In this document: positions 39,880-51,781 of the stretch, in pieces
Numbering within the stretch: the stretch's first letter is position 1
Layout: the number at the start of each line of letters is the position of its first letter
From: Microbotryum violaceum
Taxonomy: Eukaryota
Length of the DNA stretch: 64,000 nucleotides
Assembly: GCA_001244265.2 (NCBI GenBank)
Contig: CDLV01000015.1
Location: forward strand, 372,001-436,000
Direction of reading: 5' to 3'
Position numbers and translations under genes: made by a program
Notes under the pieces: model-generated
Told to the model about the DNA's origin: nothing
Database searches by the model: none
Seen by the model: only the letters and a program-made list of their open reading frames with translations

Positions 39880-42800
39880 ATGACTAAGTTCGCGCCCGCC
39901 CACGGCGACCCTAGCAATATCACGTCGTTCCAAGGAGCGGGTACGGCCGAGGAAGCCGAGTGAGTTTGATTACCTTGGCGCTCGTGTCATCATCGCTGGT
40001 TCCCTCCCAGTCGGGCGGGGGCGGCGGCGGCGGGGGCGGGGGCGGCGGCAGCGGAGGAGCAGGCAGCGATGACTGGCTGACCGATCCAGACCGGACCCGG
40101 CGGCGGTTCATGACACGAGGGGCATGCGGCATGTACTGATGGCCGAGACTTGGATGTTGACGTTGAAACAGACATGAACTGTACCAGATCGTACCCGAGG
40201 TGAGTGCCTGTTCGACGCACTGGTTCGAGGATCGGCTCGGCCCGGATGATCGCTATCGTCGGTCGTCCGTCGGTCGGAATCGACCACAACTCGACGACCA
40301 CCGACAGCAGGTCCGAACCCGACCCGACCCCCCCGAGAGCCCACCCTGACACTGACAATGATGTTTGTGCTCCACCCGGTCAGGTCAACATCGTCCATCT
40401 CGCCATCACACTTTTGTCCATCTTTGTCACCTTCTTTGGCCTCTTCTCGTCAGTATACTCGGCCTGCACGCGCCTCTCGCACAGCTCCGTGTCACTTCGA
40501 TCGCAGCATCGCTGACGGATCCGAGCCACTCTCGCCACAACGTGGCGCCGGACTCTCAACAGTGGTTTTGTCAAGGAACGTCTCTTTGTTGGAGAAGCCA
40601 TCATCGCTACAGGATTCGGCGTCGCCTTCTCGTGAGTGAACCGTGCCTACACCGTATACCTGCCGTCATTCGAGATCGCACCGTCGGGGGCGCCCATGAC
40701 GATGACGACGATCCCAACTTGAGTTCTCGCTTCGGCCACGATGGCAACGGGAGCTCAGCGATGCAAGAAGTTGCCTTGCGCCACTTTTTGACTTTCGAGG
40801 CACGGCGGAGCTAATGATGATACTTTACATGCAATCGTACCCACAGTGGCTATGGTGCTGGTGTCTTTGCCCCGAGGAGCTGGTCCTTCGGTAAGGGATT
40901 TCGTCCTACCTGCCCGGACACTTTGAGCGTAGTAGAGTCCGAAAAGGGCTGATCCAATCTCTTTCAATACCTTGACCACTCACAGGTCACCACTTTGACG
41001 ACCTGACCCTTGAATTGACCCGCATCGTCATCGCGCTTTCCGTCTTTGCTGTCGGTGTCGAGTTGCCCAAGTTCGTGCTGCGCCGAGGTCGGAATGAGAG
41101 ACCGGAGCGAGTTTGCTCACAATCAATCCGATCTGCCTCCACAGGGCTTACATTCTGCGACATTGGAAATCTCTTAGCATGCTTCTTGGTCCCATGTGGG
41201 TACTCACTATTCCATAGTGTTGGCTGATGACTCGCACTGACCGATGTGCTCGTCCTCCGATTCGCCAGCATGTTACTCGGATGGATGGTTTCGGCTGCCC
41301 TCATGTTTGCCATCATCCCCGGACTCGAGTTCCTTCCCGCCCTCGTCATTGCCGCCGGTGTGACCCCGACCGATCCCATTCTCGCTTCTTCGGTCGTGGG
41401 CAAGGGTAAATTTGCGCAAGAGCATGTGCCGGCCCACATTCGACACATTTTGCAGGCTGAGAGTGGATGCAACGACGGCGCCGCTTTTCCCTTTCTCGTA
41501 CGTGCTTCAGAGGGGTGAAGGTTTTCTCGAAGGTTGCCTTGTCTGATCTGACGCCTTGATCACGCAGTACCTCGCCCTCTTTCTGCTGCTTCGCGGCCAC
41601 CACACTATCGGCCAGTCGATCGGGTGGTGGGCCTTGCTTGTTTTGCTCTACCAAATCGTCCTCGGGTGTATCATTGGAGCCGCAGTCGGCATTGCGGCTC
41701 GCAAGCTGCTCAAATTCTCCAAACGACGCGAGTTGATTGATCGAGAGTCCATGGTAGGTGCTCCCTCTTCATGTTTCCGATGAATTCTGCGACCGGCGAG
41801 CTCATGCGCATCTTGCCCCCTCGACAGGTCGCGATGTACGTCGCATTGGCTTTGCTCGTCACCGGACTGACGACGCTCGCTGGATCGGACGACTTGCTCG
41901 CCGCCTTTGCTTGCGGTACCGCTTTCGCTTGGGACGACTGGTTCACCGAATCGATCGAAGAGTCCAACTTCTCCTCGACGATCGATCTGCTTGCCAATTG
42001 CGCCATCTTCATCTACCTCGGAGCAACGATGCCGTTCGCTGCCTGGTCCGACGAGATGTTAACGTTGACGGTGTGGCGACTCGTGCTGCTCTCCTTGGGG
42101 ATCTTGACGCTTCGTCGTCTGCCCGCCATCTTTGCGCTTCAGTGGTGGATCCCTGACATCAAGACGCGACGAGAGGCCCTGTTCGCAGGGCACTTCGGCC
42201 CCATGGGTGTCGGGGCGATCTTCATCTCTACGCTTGCAGCGGCTAAACTGCCTACTCCGACGGTCCCGCCCGAAAACTCGTTGGATTTGCTCGCGCTCAT
42301 CATTCAACCCGTGACATACTTTATCGTTCTTTCGTCAATTCTCATCCACGGCTTAACGATCTCCTTCTTCACACTCGGTCGACGCGTGCATTCGCGAGTC
42401 GCTTCCTTCTCCCGCACCTTGACCTCGGCCTCGAGGGATTCACGGGGTGGGTTGAGCCGCAATGGACCTGTGATGGCGGAGGAGCCGGCTTGGATGTCTC
42501 GCGTCAAACGGGCGCAACAAGGTGAAGACATCATCATCAATCGAGACGACGATCTCGAACCAACGAGTATGGCCGAGAAAGGTCTGGTTGGGTCGTCGTC
42601 GAGTGAGTATGGGTCCAATAGTCTTGAGAAAGTAACGGTCGGGGATGGGTCCGATCCCGAGGATGGCCGAGGGGACGTGTCGAGGATGCGCTTGGCTTCA
42701 ATGGAGAATGACTTGGAACGTGGAGAGGTCGATGGAGAAAGGAGACGGTCGCTCGAGGACGAGTCGCACGGTATCTTTTTGGACGAGGACGATCTAACCG

Positions 42801-44457
42801 GGACGGCTCGGACCAAGAAGAAGATGGAGCGAGAGAATGATGACCATCCGCGCAAGAATATTCTGGAGCATGTATCGAACGATGGGAGCAGGTCTGGGTC
42901 CCGGGGCGCGTCGCTTGATCGATCCGATCGTGGGAGACCACAATCGGCGGAACGTCCGCAGGGGGCCGAGGTGGGGAGAAGTTCCGAAGCCGTGGCGGGA
43001 AACCGGAGGGGATCGTTATCCTTCGGCAGCCGCAAAGACAGCAAATCGCCTTCGCGGCCACCACTTCGACAAAAGGACTCGGCCAGGGAGGCGAGGTACT
43101 GCTCCAAGAACGTGACGCAAACGTGGCAGCAAGGGCGCAAGATTATCATCGACCGCAACGACGGCGCCGAGGTCGAGGTCATCGACTTGGATGCTACTCC
43201 CGACGCACTCGAAGAGAGTGCACGTAATGACCGCCACGAGATTTTGACGGTGCCTCAGGGAGCGATCGATCGGGAGAAGGAGAAGACACCTGTCGGGGAC
43301 CAGACACCGCAACAGCATGAGGAGTCGGCCGTGCAACGCGTTGCGCAAGCGATGTTGCGTAGTCGGTCTATGCTGGCGAAGCTGTACAAGGAGGAACCGA
43401 ATCTCTCGGCGGAGGAGAAGGAGAGGCGCAGGAAGGAGAAGTTGGAGAAGGATGCTTGGTGCCGGAAAGAACAAGTAGGTACCGATCAGACGTTTAGTGT
43501 GCGGTGGACTAGGAGCTAAACTATCGTCAAACTGTGCAGCACTACCCCGAAATGCCCGCCGCGAAGCGAAGAGAGACGCAAGAATGGCCCGAGGGTGAGA
43601 AGGTCGTCGTCGAGCACACGGACGGTACAGTCGACGTTCGTGACATGACGGAAGAGGAGAAGAATCGCCGTATCACCAAGCACCTCGGCGCACTGCGAGC
43701 CTTGGGTCACCCCATCGAAGCTTTCGAAGGTCGAGGTAAACGACGGTCGCCGGCGCCGGCGGCTTCACCATCCCTCCGCGTCGAGGAAGAGGAGCACGAC
43801 CCTTCGGCGCTCTGGGGTCGACCCATCCAAAGCCCTGACCCCGCTTCCTCGTCCAATTCATCACCTCGCAACAGAAACGGTCAGCAGCACAGCAGCAACT
43901 CTCCGGCGCGCAGTGAGACCCCACCTCCCGTCGCTCGCAAGTCCAACACGGGCTTTGCGCTCGAAAGAACGGGGCGAGTCGATCCCGACTCGGAAGAGGA
44001 GGCGGCGAGCGAGGATGAAGACGATGGCCGTGACGATGACCGCACAGCCACAATGACCCGCGAAAGACCCGAGTCCAATTCCAAGTCGGGAGGCGCGTTC
44101 AAGTCCGTCAAAGGTATCTTTGGGTTAGGATCGAGCAAGCGTTCGGCTTCACCACCTCCCGAACGACGCCCCGTTATCACCCGCATCGATGTCGCTCCTG
44201 CACTTCCGCGGCCCCCTTCACCGCCACCACCGCCATCGAGGGACGACCCCGTTTCAAGTAAGATGGCCTTCTTGCGCAGTCCCGGGCATTCACCGACGAC
44301 CCCGATCAGTGCTTCGACCATTCGGTTCGCCGATGCGAGTCGACCGACGCGAGATGGGGCTGGACCTTCGAGCGGCTTGAAGCCTTTGCCGACGACCGGA
44401 AATTCTTCGGCACTGCGGAGGACCCCGATGCAGGGTAGCTCCAAGGGTGCTCAATAG
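39880..44457 (+). CDS. NHA1: Fungal plasma-membrane Na+(K+)/H+ antiporter Nha1/Sod2 with long C-terminal tail
   Basis: VKERLFVGEA, FAVGVELPK, TPTDPILAS, AESGCNDG, GSDDLLAAF, LRRLP and GHFGPMGVGA; start position tentative. Confidence 0.9.
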
Positions 44458-44633
44458 ACGTTTTGCGAGCTTCCTTTTTCGTTCTGTGAATTTAACCACT
44501 TGCATTTTCGCATCTCTTTGGCCTCAAGAGTCGGGACGAGCCGCTTCGCACGGGTCTGGACATTTGCAAACCTGTATCATTACAACACGTGGCCCCTTCC
44601 TTATATGTGTAAGATATAAATACTGAGGGTACT

Positions 44634-46325
44634 TCATGACCCCAACAAATTCAATACATCGTCGAAACTGAGCTTGCCGCGCGTGTGCCCTGGCCTCGGT
44701 ACCATCTGCGCCCGAACCCTCGCTTTAAGCTTCTGGCCCGAAGATAGACCCGCTACGACGTCGTCTTCGTCATCGTCGTCTTCGTCTTCGTCCGATTGGA
44801 GCATCATCAATCCGACGGATCCATAGCCATAGGCGGCGTCCATTAAAGAATCTGACGAGTGACGATTGAGTGAAGGGACGCCGTATTCTTCGTCGCTGAG
44901 GGGTGCGCGGCGACCATGGATCGTTGCCAAGGTCGGAGTCGCATCGAGGGAGGAAGCGAACAGATCTTCGTCGAAATTGGTAGAGAGAGCTCGATTGGAG
45001 GTAAGTCCTGTGGCGCGTACAACCGACCGCGTCGGCCAGATTCGGGTCGGAGAAGGAAAGATGATCTTGGGTTGTTGGTACGACCGAGGCGACGCGGGCT
45101 CGGCCATCTTTGCGTAGCTGTGGTTGCGAGTTGAACAACATGAGGATGCGGGGGAAGCCAGGGAGGAAGAAAGCGAAGGCGCTTTGGATTGCGTTGACCC
45201 CGTCGAGTCGCGAGTCGGAACGGGTTTGCGTTGAGAAAGGTCTCGTGGTGATCGTTTGAAGCCCGTCGAGCTCGAGGTCGAGGCGGACGAGGCGACACTC
45301 GACCCGGAGAGTCGACGAGGGGACGACACGGACGGATTCGAGTGAAGGTTGGTTCGGCTATTGTTGCGCGATTGCCACAGTTCCTGCGAGATGCGCTCCT
45401 CGGCTCGCTTGCGCTCGACCCGTCGGCGATAATGGCTGACGACCCCATCGGACGAACCGAACGAGGTCGGCCTCGATCCCATTATGGGCGTCGCGACGGC
45501 TTCATGCTTTGCACTCAACGGTGTCGTTGGCTCGCCTTCTTGACCGCCACAGAGCGCGTTCAGCGCATCGGCGCGCGAGCATTCTCGCCCGCAGTAGATC
45601 GAGTCCTCCTCGGCGACGCGACCACAGAAGCAGAGATCGATCGCGGTGCTCAGACGCGCGAGCTGCTGCAAGAGGTCTTGCTCGGTGTCAATCTTGGGCG
45701 GTTTGTTGGTCTTGGATTTGGGTTTCGTTCTCTTGCGCGAAAGGTTAGCAACGTCACCATCACCGCGTCGCTGGGTCGCGAGGTTTGTACTAGATGAGTT
45801 CGAGGCAATGGATCGCTGATCGTCGCCGCGCTCGCTGCACTCGTCGGACTCCGGCGCGCTCGCGCTCGCGCTCGGACGCGTCGATCCCAACGGCTTGCTC
45901 AACATTGCGTGCGAAGATCTGACGAGCGTCGAGTCGTGTGCCCCGGCGTTGTGCGCGTCGTAGTGCTGTTCGTAGGCGGTGTACAGCGCATAGAGTTCGT
46001 CCTCGTCCTCTTCGTCCGGAGCGTCGTCGTAGATGGTGTAATCGCAGCTGTAGTCGTCGCCGTCGTCGAGCACCGAACTCCAGGCGGTTGAGGTCGTACG
46101 CGTCGACAGCGCACGGCCGGAGCGACTCGACGAGACTGACGAGGCGACCGACGAAGCAGGCGTGTGGTTCGCTCTTGTGCGAGCCGAGGGCGGTGGCAAG
46201 GGCTGCGATGAAAATTGAGACGGGACCTGGGGTGTGTGGATGTATGGCAGCGAGTCCAAGCGGGGCGGCGGCGGTCGGTAGTGCAGGCGACCACTGGTGC
46301 TGGCCGCGTCGGCGACGAGGGGCAT
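44634..46325 (-). CDS. Hypothetical Ser-rich protein with a small Cys cluster (Ecl1-like zinc motif possible)
   Basis: Long single ORF containing CFCGRVAEEDSIYCGRECSRADA; start chosen at MPLVAD. Confidence 0.6.
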   Translation of the reverse strand: MPLVADAASTSGRLHYRPPPPRLDSLPYIHTPQVPSQFSSQPLPPPSARTRANHTPASSVASSVSSSRSGRALSTRTTSTAWSSVLDDGDDYSCDYTIYDDAPDEEDEDELYALYTAYEQHYDAHNAGAHDSTLVRSSHAMLSKPLGSTRPSASASAPESDECSERGDDQRSIASNSSSTNLATQRRGDGDVANLSRKRTKPKSKTNKPPKIDTEQDLLQQLARLSTAIDLCFCGRVAEEDSIYCGRECSRADALNALCGGQEGEPTTPLSAKHEAVATPIMGSRPTSFGSSDGVVSHYRRRVERKRAEERISQELWQSRNNSRTNLHSNPSVSSPRRLSGSSVASSASTSSSTGFKRSPRDLSQRKPVPTRDSTGSTQSKAPSLSSSLASPASSCCSTRNHSYAKMAEPASPRSYQQPKIIFPSPTRIWPTRSVVRATGLTSNRALSTNFDEDLFASSLDATPTLATIHGRRAPLSDEEYGVPSLNRHSSDSLMDAAYGYGSVGLMMLQSDEDEDDDDEDDVVAGLSSGQKLKARVRAQMVPRPGHTRGKLSFDDVLNLLGS

Positions 46326-48781
46326 GACCGCAGTAAACTCGGGGGTCTTTCGATCGACTGCTGAGTCTGGTGCGACATCAAGTACATAGAGAATAAGATT
46401 GTGGTCAGTAGCCTGATGGAGCGGTAGCAAGTGCAATGATCGAGTGAACTACCTAGGCGTCTCTAGACTTGAAGCGGAATGCGAGGGGCGAGGTAGAGCG
46501 GGACCGAAAGCTGGAAGAGGGGGCCAGACAAGACGAGTCCGAATGCCCTCTGCTGCTGGCGCGAGCGAAAAGCGGACGCCGACTTTCGAGCGCCGCCGAA
46601 ACCGACTGCGAGCTTTCGCCCAGGTAAGGACGTCGATATCCAGTCACTGATTTCGGGAGCCGGGGCGACCTCGATCCAGCGGTGACCAGTACCTCTGTTG
46701 TAGACCTGACAAGAAGGAGAAAGGTCAAGGGATGTGTGGGTGTGGGACGTGCACGAACTTGAGCGACGTGCCTGAGGGATCCACCTTTTTTTTTGGCCGG
46801 GAAAAGGCAGGGTCTTCAGGATCTACACTCCGATCACATTTACTAACTCCAATGTGGCCCCCCAAATAGCCGTGCGACTCCCGGGCCTTCAACCTGCCAC
46901 CCCGAGCCACCGGGCCGGGCACCTCGCGCAGCGGGTCGTCCACCTTGGACGTCAGAGCTGGGCATAGGGCCAGGTCCAGCGCACGGCGTCTCGTATGTCT
47001 CTCACCTTCGGTAAACGATTGCCCCTGCCAGTCTAGGCAAGAGTTCTGCTGTCGCACCCCCAAGCTAATGCTTAATGCTAAAATTAAACCGGATTTTTGA
47101 CCTTCTCAACCCCCCCGCCGCACGACAATGTATCAGGAGCCATCTTGCTCAAGCCAGGTACCTCGAGCCTTGACCAATCCCTTGCTGAACAGTTTTTCCC
47201 AGGGCTCGTCTGACGTCGCCGACGAATGAAACCGAAGGGCCAGGCAGGTGTAATCAATTTACAAACGGTACATGCTCCAAAAGCTAGGGTACAAGGGGAT
47301 TATCACAAGCTCTTCAGTTCGTCGCACTGGTCTTAAAAGCTTGAATCCATTCCTGGCTCTAGGCATAGGCATCAATCTCCGGTGGGCCACGGAGATACTG
47401 CGAGGTGGCGGAATTGATATCGACCTCGGCGGACCCCTAAGTCCGACGTCGGACCCAGTTGGGGTGACGCGCGAACTCGGCGCTCGTCCGGTGCAGCTCC
47501 GAGCCTTGGAGTCGCTCGTCGTGCCAGACATGTTGACTCCAGCCGACGGATTAGGTTATATCCGTTGCCCTTTCCCCGAGCCTCCGGCGCTCAAACCAAG
47601 TCTCGATTCTGGATTCGGCAAAGCCTCTGCGCCGACGGGTGCGCGGGCGACCACGATTCTCCACGCGGAAGCGGCTAAGAAAAAGTTAGCAATATGAACA
47701 GAGCGTTGCTACGAAGCTTATCTAGTGGCGCACACACAACTTGTGCCTGTTTTTGTGAACCGCTTCTGCGCACGGCCGGCGGCGGGGCCGGGAATTGGGA
47801 CTTCGCCGCGCGGCGACTCGCAAGGCTCTCTCTGCGCTCCGGATCAAGAAGGTCTAACCTCCTCTCTGGTCGACCCGGTCGGCGCCAACCCTCTTGAGGC
47901 GAGAACTCGCCAAAGCAGCGGAAGCTAGTTTTTTTCCAATTGGACACAACTTTGTTGACATAGGGCTGTTGCAGGGCCGAACCAGCTGTTTAATCCAGCG
48001 TCCGATAAGGGTCGTCTCTCTTTGTAGACTAGCTGGAATTCAAATCGTCATTCTCATTTGAGCCACGAGGGGTGTCTCATATCGCTTGGTAGCGAGGGCT
48101 TGCAAATGTCTGGGAGTTTTGACTCCGGGGTCACATTTCTTGCGACACTGTGACTTACCGAGGTAAACTACTCTAGGGTTACAAGACTGTGTGGTCTCAT
48201 GACAAAGCTCCTTGGATTACCTACAAAGGGAATGTCGAAGGAACAGACGGGATGAATGGATGCAGTGGCTGGACATCTGGCAGCGGAGCATCCGACAAGT
48301 CGGCGCAGTCTCGATCCGTCGTCGTTCGAGGTGAGGCCCCTGTGCTGTCTGCTACCGCGACGATCTCGTACTTTTACTGATTTCGAGTGAGAGAAATTGG
48401 CCCTACTTCGTTTTGGTGTCTCCGACCGCTTTGTAGCCCCCGTGATGCTTTGATTTTTGAACGTCGGAAGATTTGCGTTGCGAAACGCTCTCAGTCCGGA
48501 ATGCAAGGGCAAATTTGGGGGGGGGGGGAGGGGATGCGATCTTGGCCGAGGTGATACGGCAACGATCATCGAAATCCTTGCACCAGGCACTGCACCCCAG
48601 ACCTCAGATCATTTTAACCGCTGCCTTCATGACATTGACCGAGGTCGGGTAGTCGGGTCCGAAGCGCCCTCGGGCCGGTCGGCGTTGAAGCTTAGTGGAG
48701 CTTTCTCCCTCGGGCAACGCCAAGGCACCGGCGAACCCCTCGAAACTTGGTCGCCGCACCAGTCCTGACGTGGTTCTTTGG

Positions 48782-49843
48782 ATGGCGTACACGGAGCAAG
48801 CGACTATCGTGCCGCATGATCAGGACCCGGCCATTAATGAGCTGTTGCAAGAGGCTAGAAGGCTGCAGGCGGCTCATGAGCCCATCTTTACGTGGAAGCA
48901 GTTGATTGACATCATCCTCGGCCAGTGAGTCCATCGCGCTACATCCGAGGTCCTGGTCACAGACTTGAACAAGAATCTAACCGTCTGAAGTCCTCCTTCG
49001 CAGAGGTCGTCTAGGAGAACTGATCCGACATCCCACCGTCGAACGAGCATACGAAGAACGCTTCAACCCGGCGCTTCGCAAAGCCCACGGATCCGTCGCG
49101 GCTTATCTCCGTGCTCAACTTCGATGGGAACACCATGAGTTGTCGAGTGGGACAGATTATTGGATAAGGACCGCGCCTGCTCGAGTAAGGCTGAATGATT
49201 GGGCGTATAGTGTGCCCAAGAACGTGGTGTGAGTTGTAAATCGGAGGTGGACACGTGGTTCAAGTGGGGGTGCTAGACCTGCATCGCGTTTGGGAGGTCA
49301 TGAGGACGGTTGACTCATCTTGCAGCCTTTCTACAGACACTACGTCGTCTGGGTACCTACTCCCTTGCTTCACGCGGACCTCTGTCAGCCAGTGACAACC
49401 TCCAGAGAGAGCTCCGCCCCACCTACCAAATCGCTCGAATCCGAATCCGAATTCGACCCATGGGAGCAAGTCAAGCGAAATGGACTCGGGGGAAGGACGG
49501 GAGCAGGAGGGGAGTCGAGGGAAGATGTTGGTCCGGAACGAGAGATATCGGCTTTCGTCAAGGAACGGTGGAGCGAGGATGAGTACGACACGCTCTGGTG
49601 AGTTTTCGAGCTGCTCGATCACCCGAGCAGAAGTTCCGACGGTGCTGCTTCGAAAGTGGTACCTTCACGACGCCACGTCCCACTGAAGAAACTTTTCCGT
49701 TCTTCGACCAGGTTTGCCAATCCACCCGAATTGCAGTCGGTGAGGGACTTGGCCCACTTCCATGTGCTCGTACGGCAGAAGGATCATCTCGGTCGCGCCG
49801 AGCTACCGAATTAGAGAAACGCTTGCAGGATGATCAGAGATGA
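48782..49843 (+). CDS. DUF3605 (Gig1-like) protein, multi-exon
   Basis: FTWKQL, RLNDWAYSVP, HYVVW and LW|FANPPELQSVRDLAHFHVL. Confidence 0.78.
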
Positions 49844-50238
49844 CGGATGAAATATTGTAAAATGGATTTAATGTATCACCGTTTTTCGGTGTACCATACC
49901 AACAGTAGATAAGCTCTTGGACATCATAGAAAATTGGATCCGAGCTGGCACGTGGTAAAGCAGCTCGCTTCGAGGTCATTGCTCGAGTTCGAGTTCACGC
50001 GCTTCGCAATTTTTGCAGCGCCACCTATCCGCTCAGCCACGGCTTCACAACAAGAACGCCTTCTCTAGCCTTCACAAGATCCGACTACACTTGGTCTTTC
50101 CAATCCCAGCCCGCACTCCCAAGCACGAATCCACCTTGGGACAGCCGACGACGAGTCGCGCACAGCACGGACGTCACGGACGTCATCGTCACTCGCGCCA
50201 AGCCAACGACCCGAGTCGCCCGACACGATCCAGCAACC

Positions 50239-51456
50239 ATGTTCCAAGCGTTCCTCAACTGGCTAAGGAGCCTCTTCTTCTCTAAGCTCTGTGATATCGC
50301 CCTGATTGGGCTGCAGAACTCGGGCAAGGTGCGTGGGCGTGTACACACGTGACGACCGGGAGATGACTCGATGAGAGCGGCGAGGCGAGGCGTCACGGTG
50401 CTGTACAAAGCGGATGACAGTTCACTGACGCAGTCTATTAACTTCGTATTGTAGACATCCCTCGTCAACGTCTTGGCCGCCGGAGAATTTAGTAGCTCGA
50501 TGATACCGACAGTGTGAGCTAGATTGGGAGGCTCCTCAAGCGGTGTGGAAGAGCATAGCAAAATCTGATCGGTGCGATGGTCTTTACAGAGGCTTCAATC
50601 TGAGGAGGGTACAAAAAGGCAATGTCGTAAGTGGTCTTTTCTGATTGGGGACTCTCAATAATCTCGCGCTGACCTGATCGAGTTTACCGAGCAGACCTTC
50701 AAACTATGGGGTCAGTCGGCACTTTCTCCCGCCCTTAGCGGATCCGAGCACATAGAGACGAGTTTGAATAAAAGTTGTCGATTCTGACACCCACGGAGAT
50801 TATTCAACCAGATATCGGTGGACAGCCGAGGTTCAGATCCATGTGGGAACGGTGAGTGGTCCGATCCGAGGGTCGATCTGAGCCCCACATCCGAGACTGG
50901 GTGACCTGACTCTGAGAGTCTTGCTCCGTTGAGGTATTGCCGAGGAGTCAACGCCATTGTGTGAGTATGATCAGAGACCATACTGTCTGTGGCCACTCGG
51001 ACTGACAAAGAGTCCTCTCTGTACAGATTTATCGTCGACTCGGCCGATCAAGATTCGTTTCCATCTGCCAAAGCCGAGCTGCACGCGCTGTTGGAGAAAC
51101 CACAATTGGGAGGAATTCCGTTGCTCGTCTTGGGCAACAAGAATGATCTTGAGGGGTATGCCAAAGTTGAAGAGGTCATCTCGGCGCTGGCCTTGTCGAC
51201 GATCACGAACCGCGAAGTTTCTTGCTATTCCATCTCGGGTCCGTCCAAAGCATGAATTTCGGCGGCATACTGATATTGTGGTGGGCTTCGGGGGACTGAT
51301 AGTGACTCCGTTTTACTGTCACAGCCAAGTCCAAGAATAATATCGACATCACCTTGTCTTGGTGCGCGACAGCTGTTCTGGCAGCCTGGAGAGGAGCATG
51401 CTGATCTGACCCTTTTTTTCACTCTTGCCCTCGACAGGTTGATCAAGCGAGCTTGA
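50239..51456 (+). CDS. ARL8: ARF-like small GTPase Arl8, many small exons
   Basis: WLRSLFF, IGLQNSGK|TS, MIPTV|GFN, DIGGQPRFRSMWER|YCRGV, LGNKND and REVSCYSIS. Confidence 0.93.
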
Positions 51457-51781
51457 CAGGTCTACTTTGCTTCCGTTAGATTTCTTGAATATGTACTCTA
51501 AACTGTTTGCCCGCAGTCTCTAGTGATTCCACCACTTGAGTAGGAGGGGGTCCAAGCTCAAAAAGTGACGTGTTGGCCACCGCGGCTCACATTCGCTCAC
51601 AGCTAAAAGGGTTCTCCGCCATTAGCCCACCACCTTCGCTCGCTCGAAAGGAAAATCAGTCACCACGACGTCGTTGCTCTTGCCCCGACGCTTGACCCTC
51701 GAGCTCACCTCTTCGACGCGTATTCTTGTTCGCCCCTTGTCGTGCTCGTCCACCACTTTTGCCCCCAAACGTCGTAGCGTG

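Noticed and set aside
46700-48400. Short ORFs (e.g. 47272-47697, 48189-48380) as genes or a TE
   Set aside because: No recognisable motifs, splice chain or terminal repeats; left unannotated
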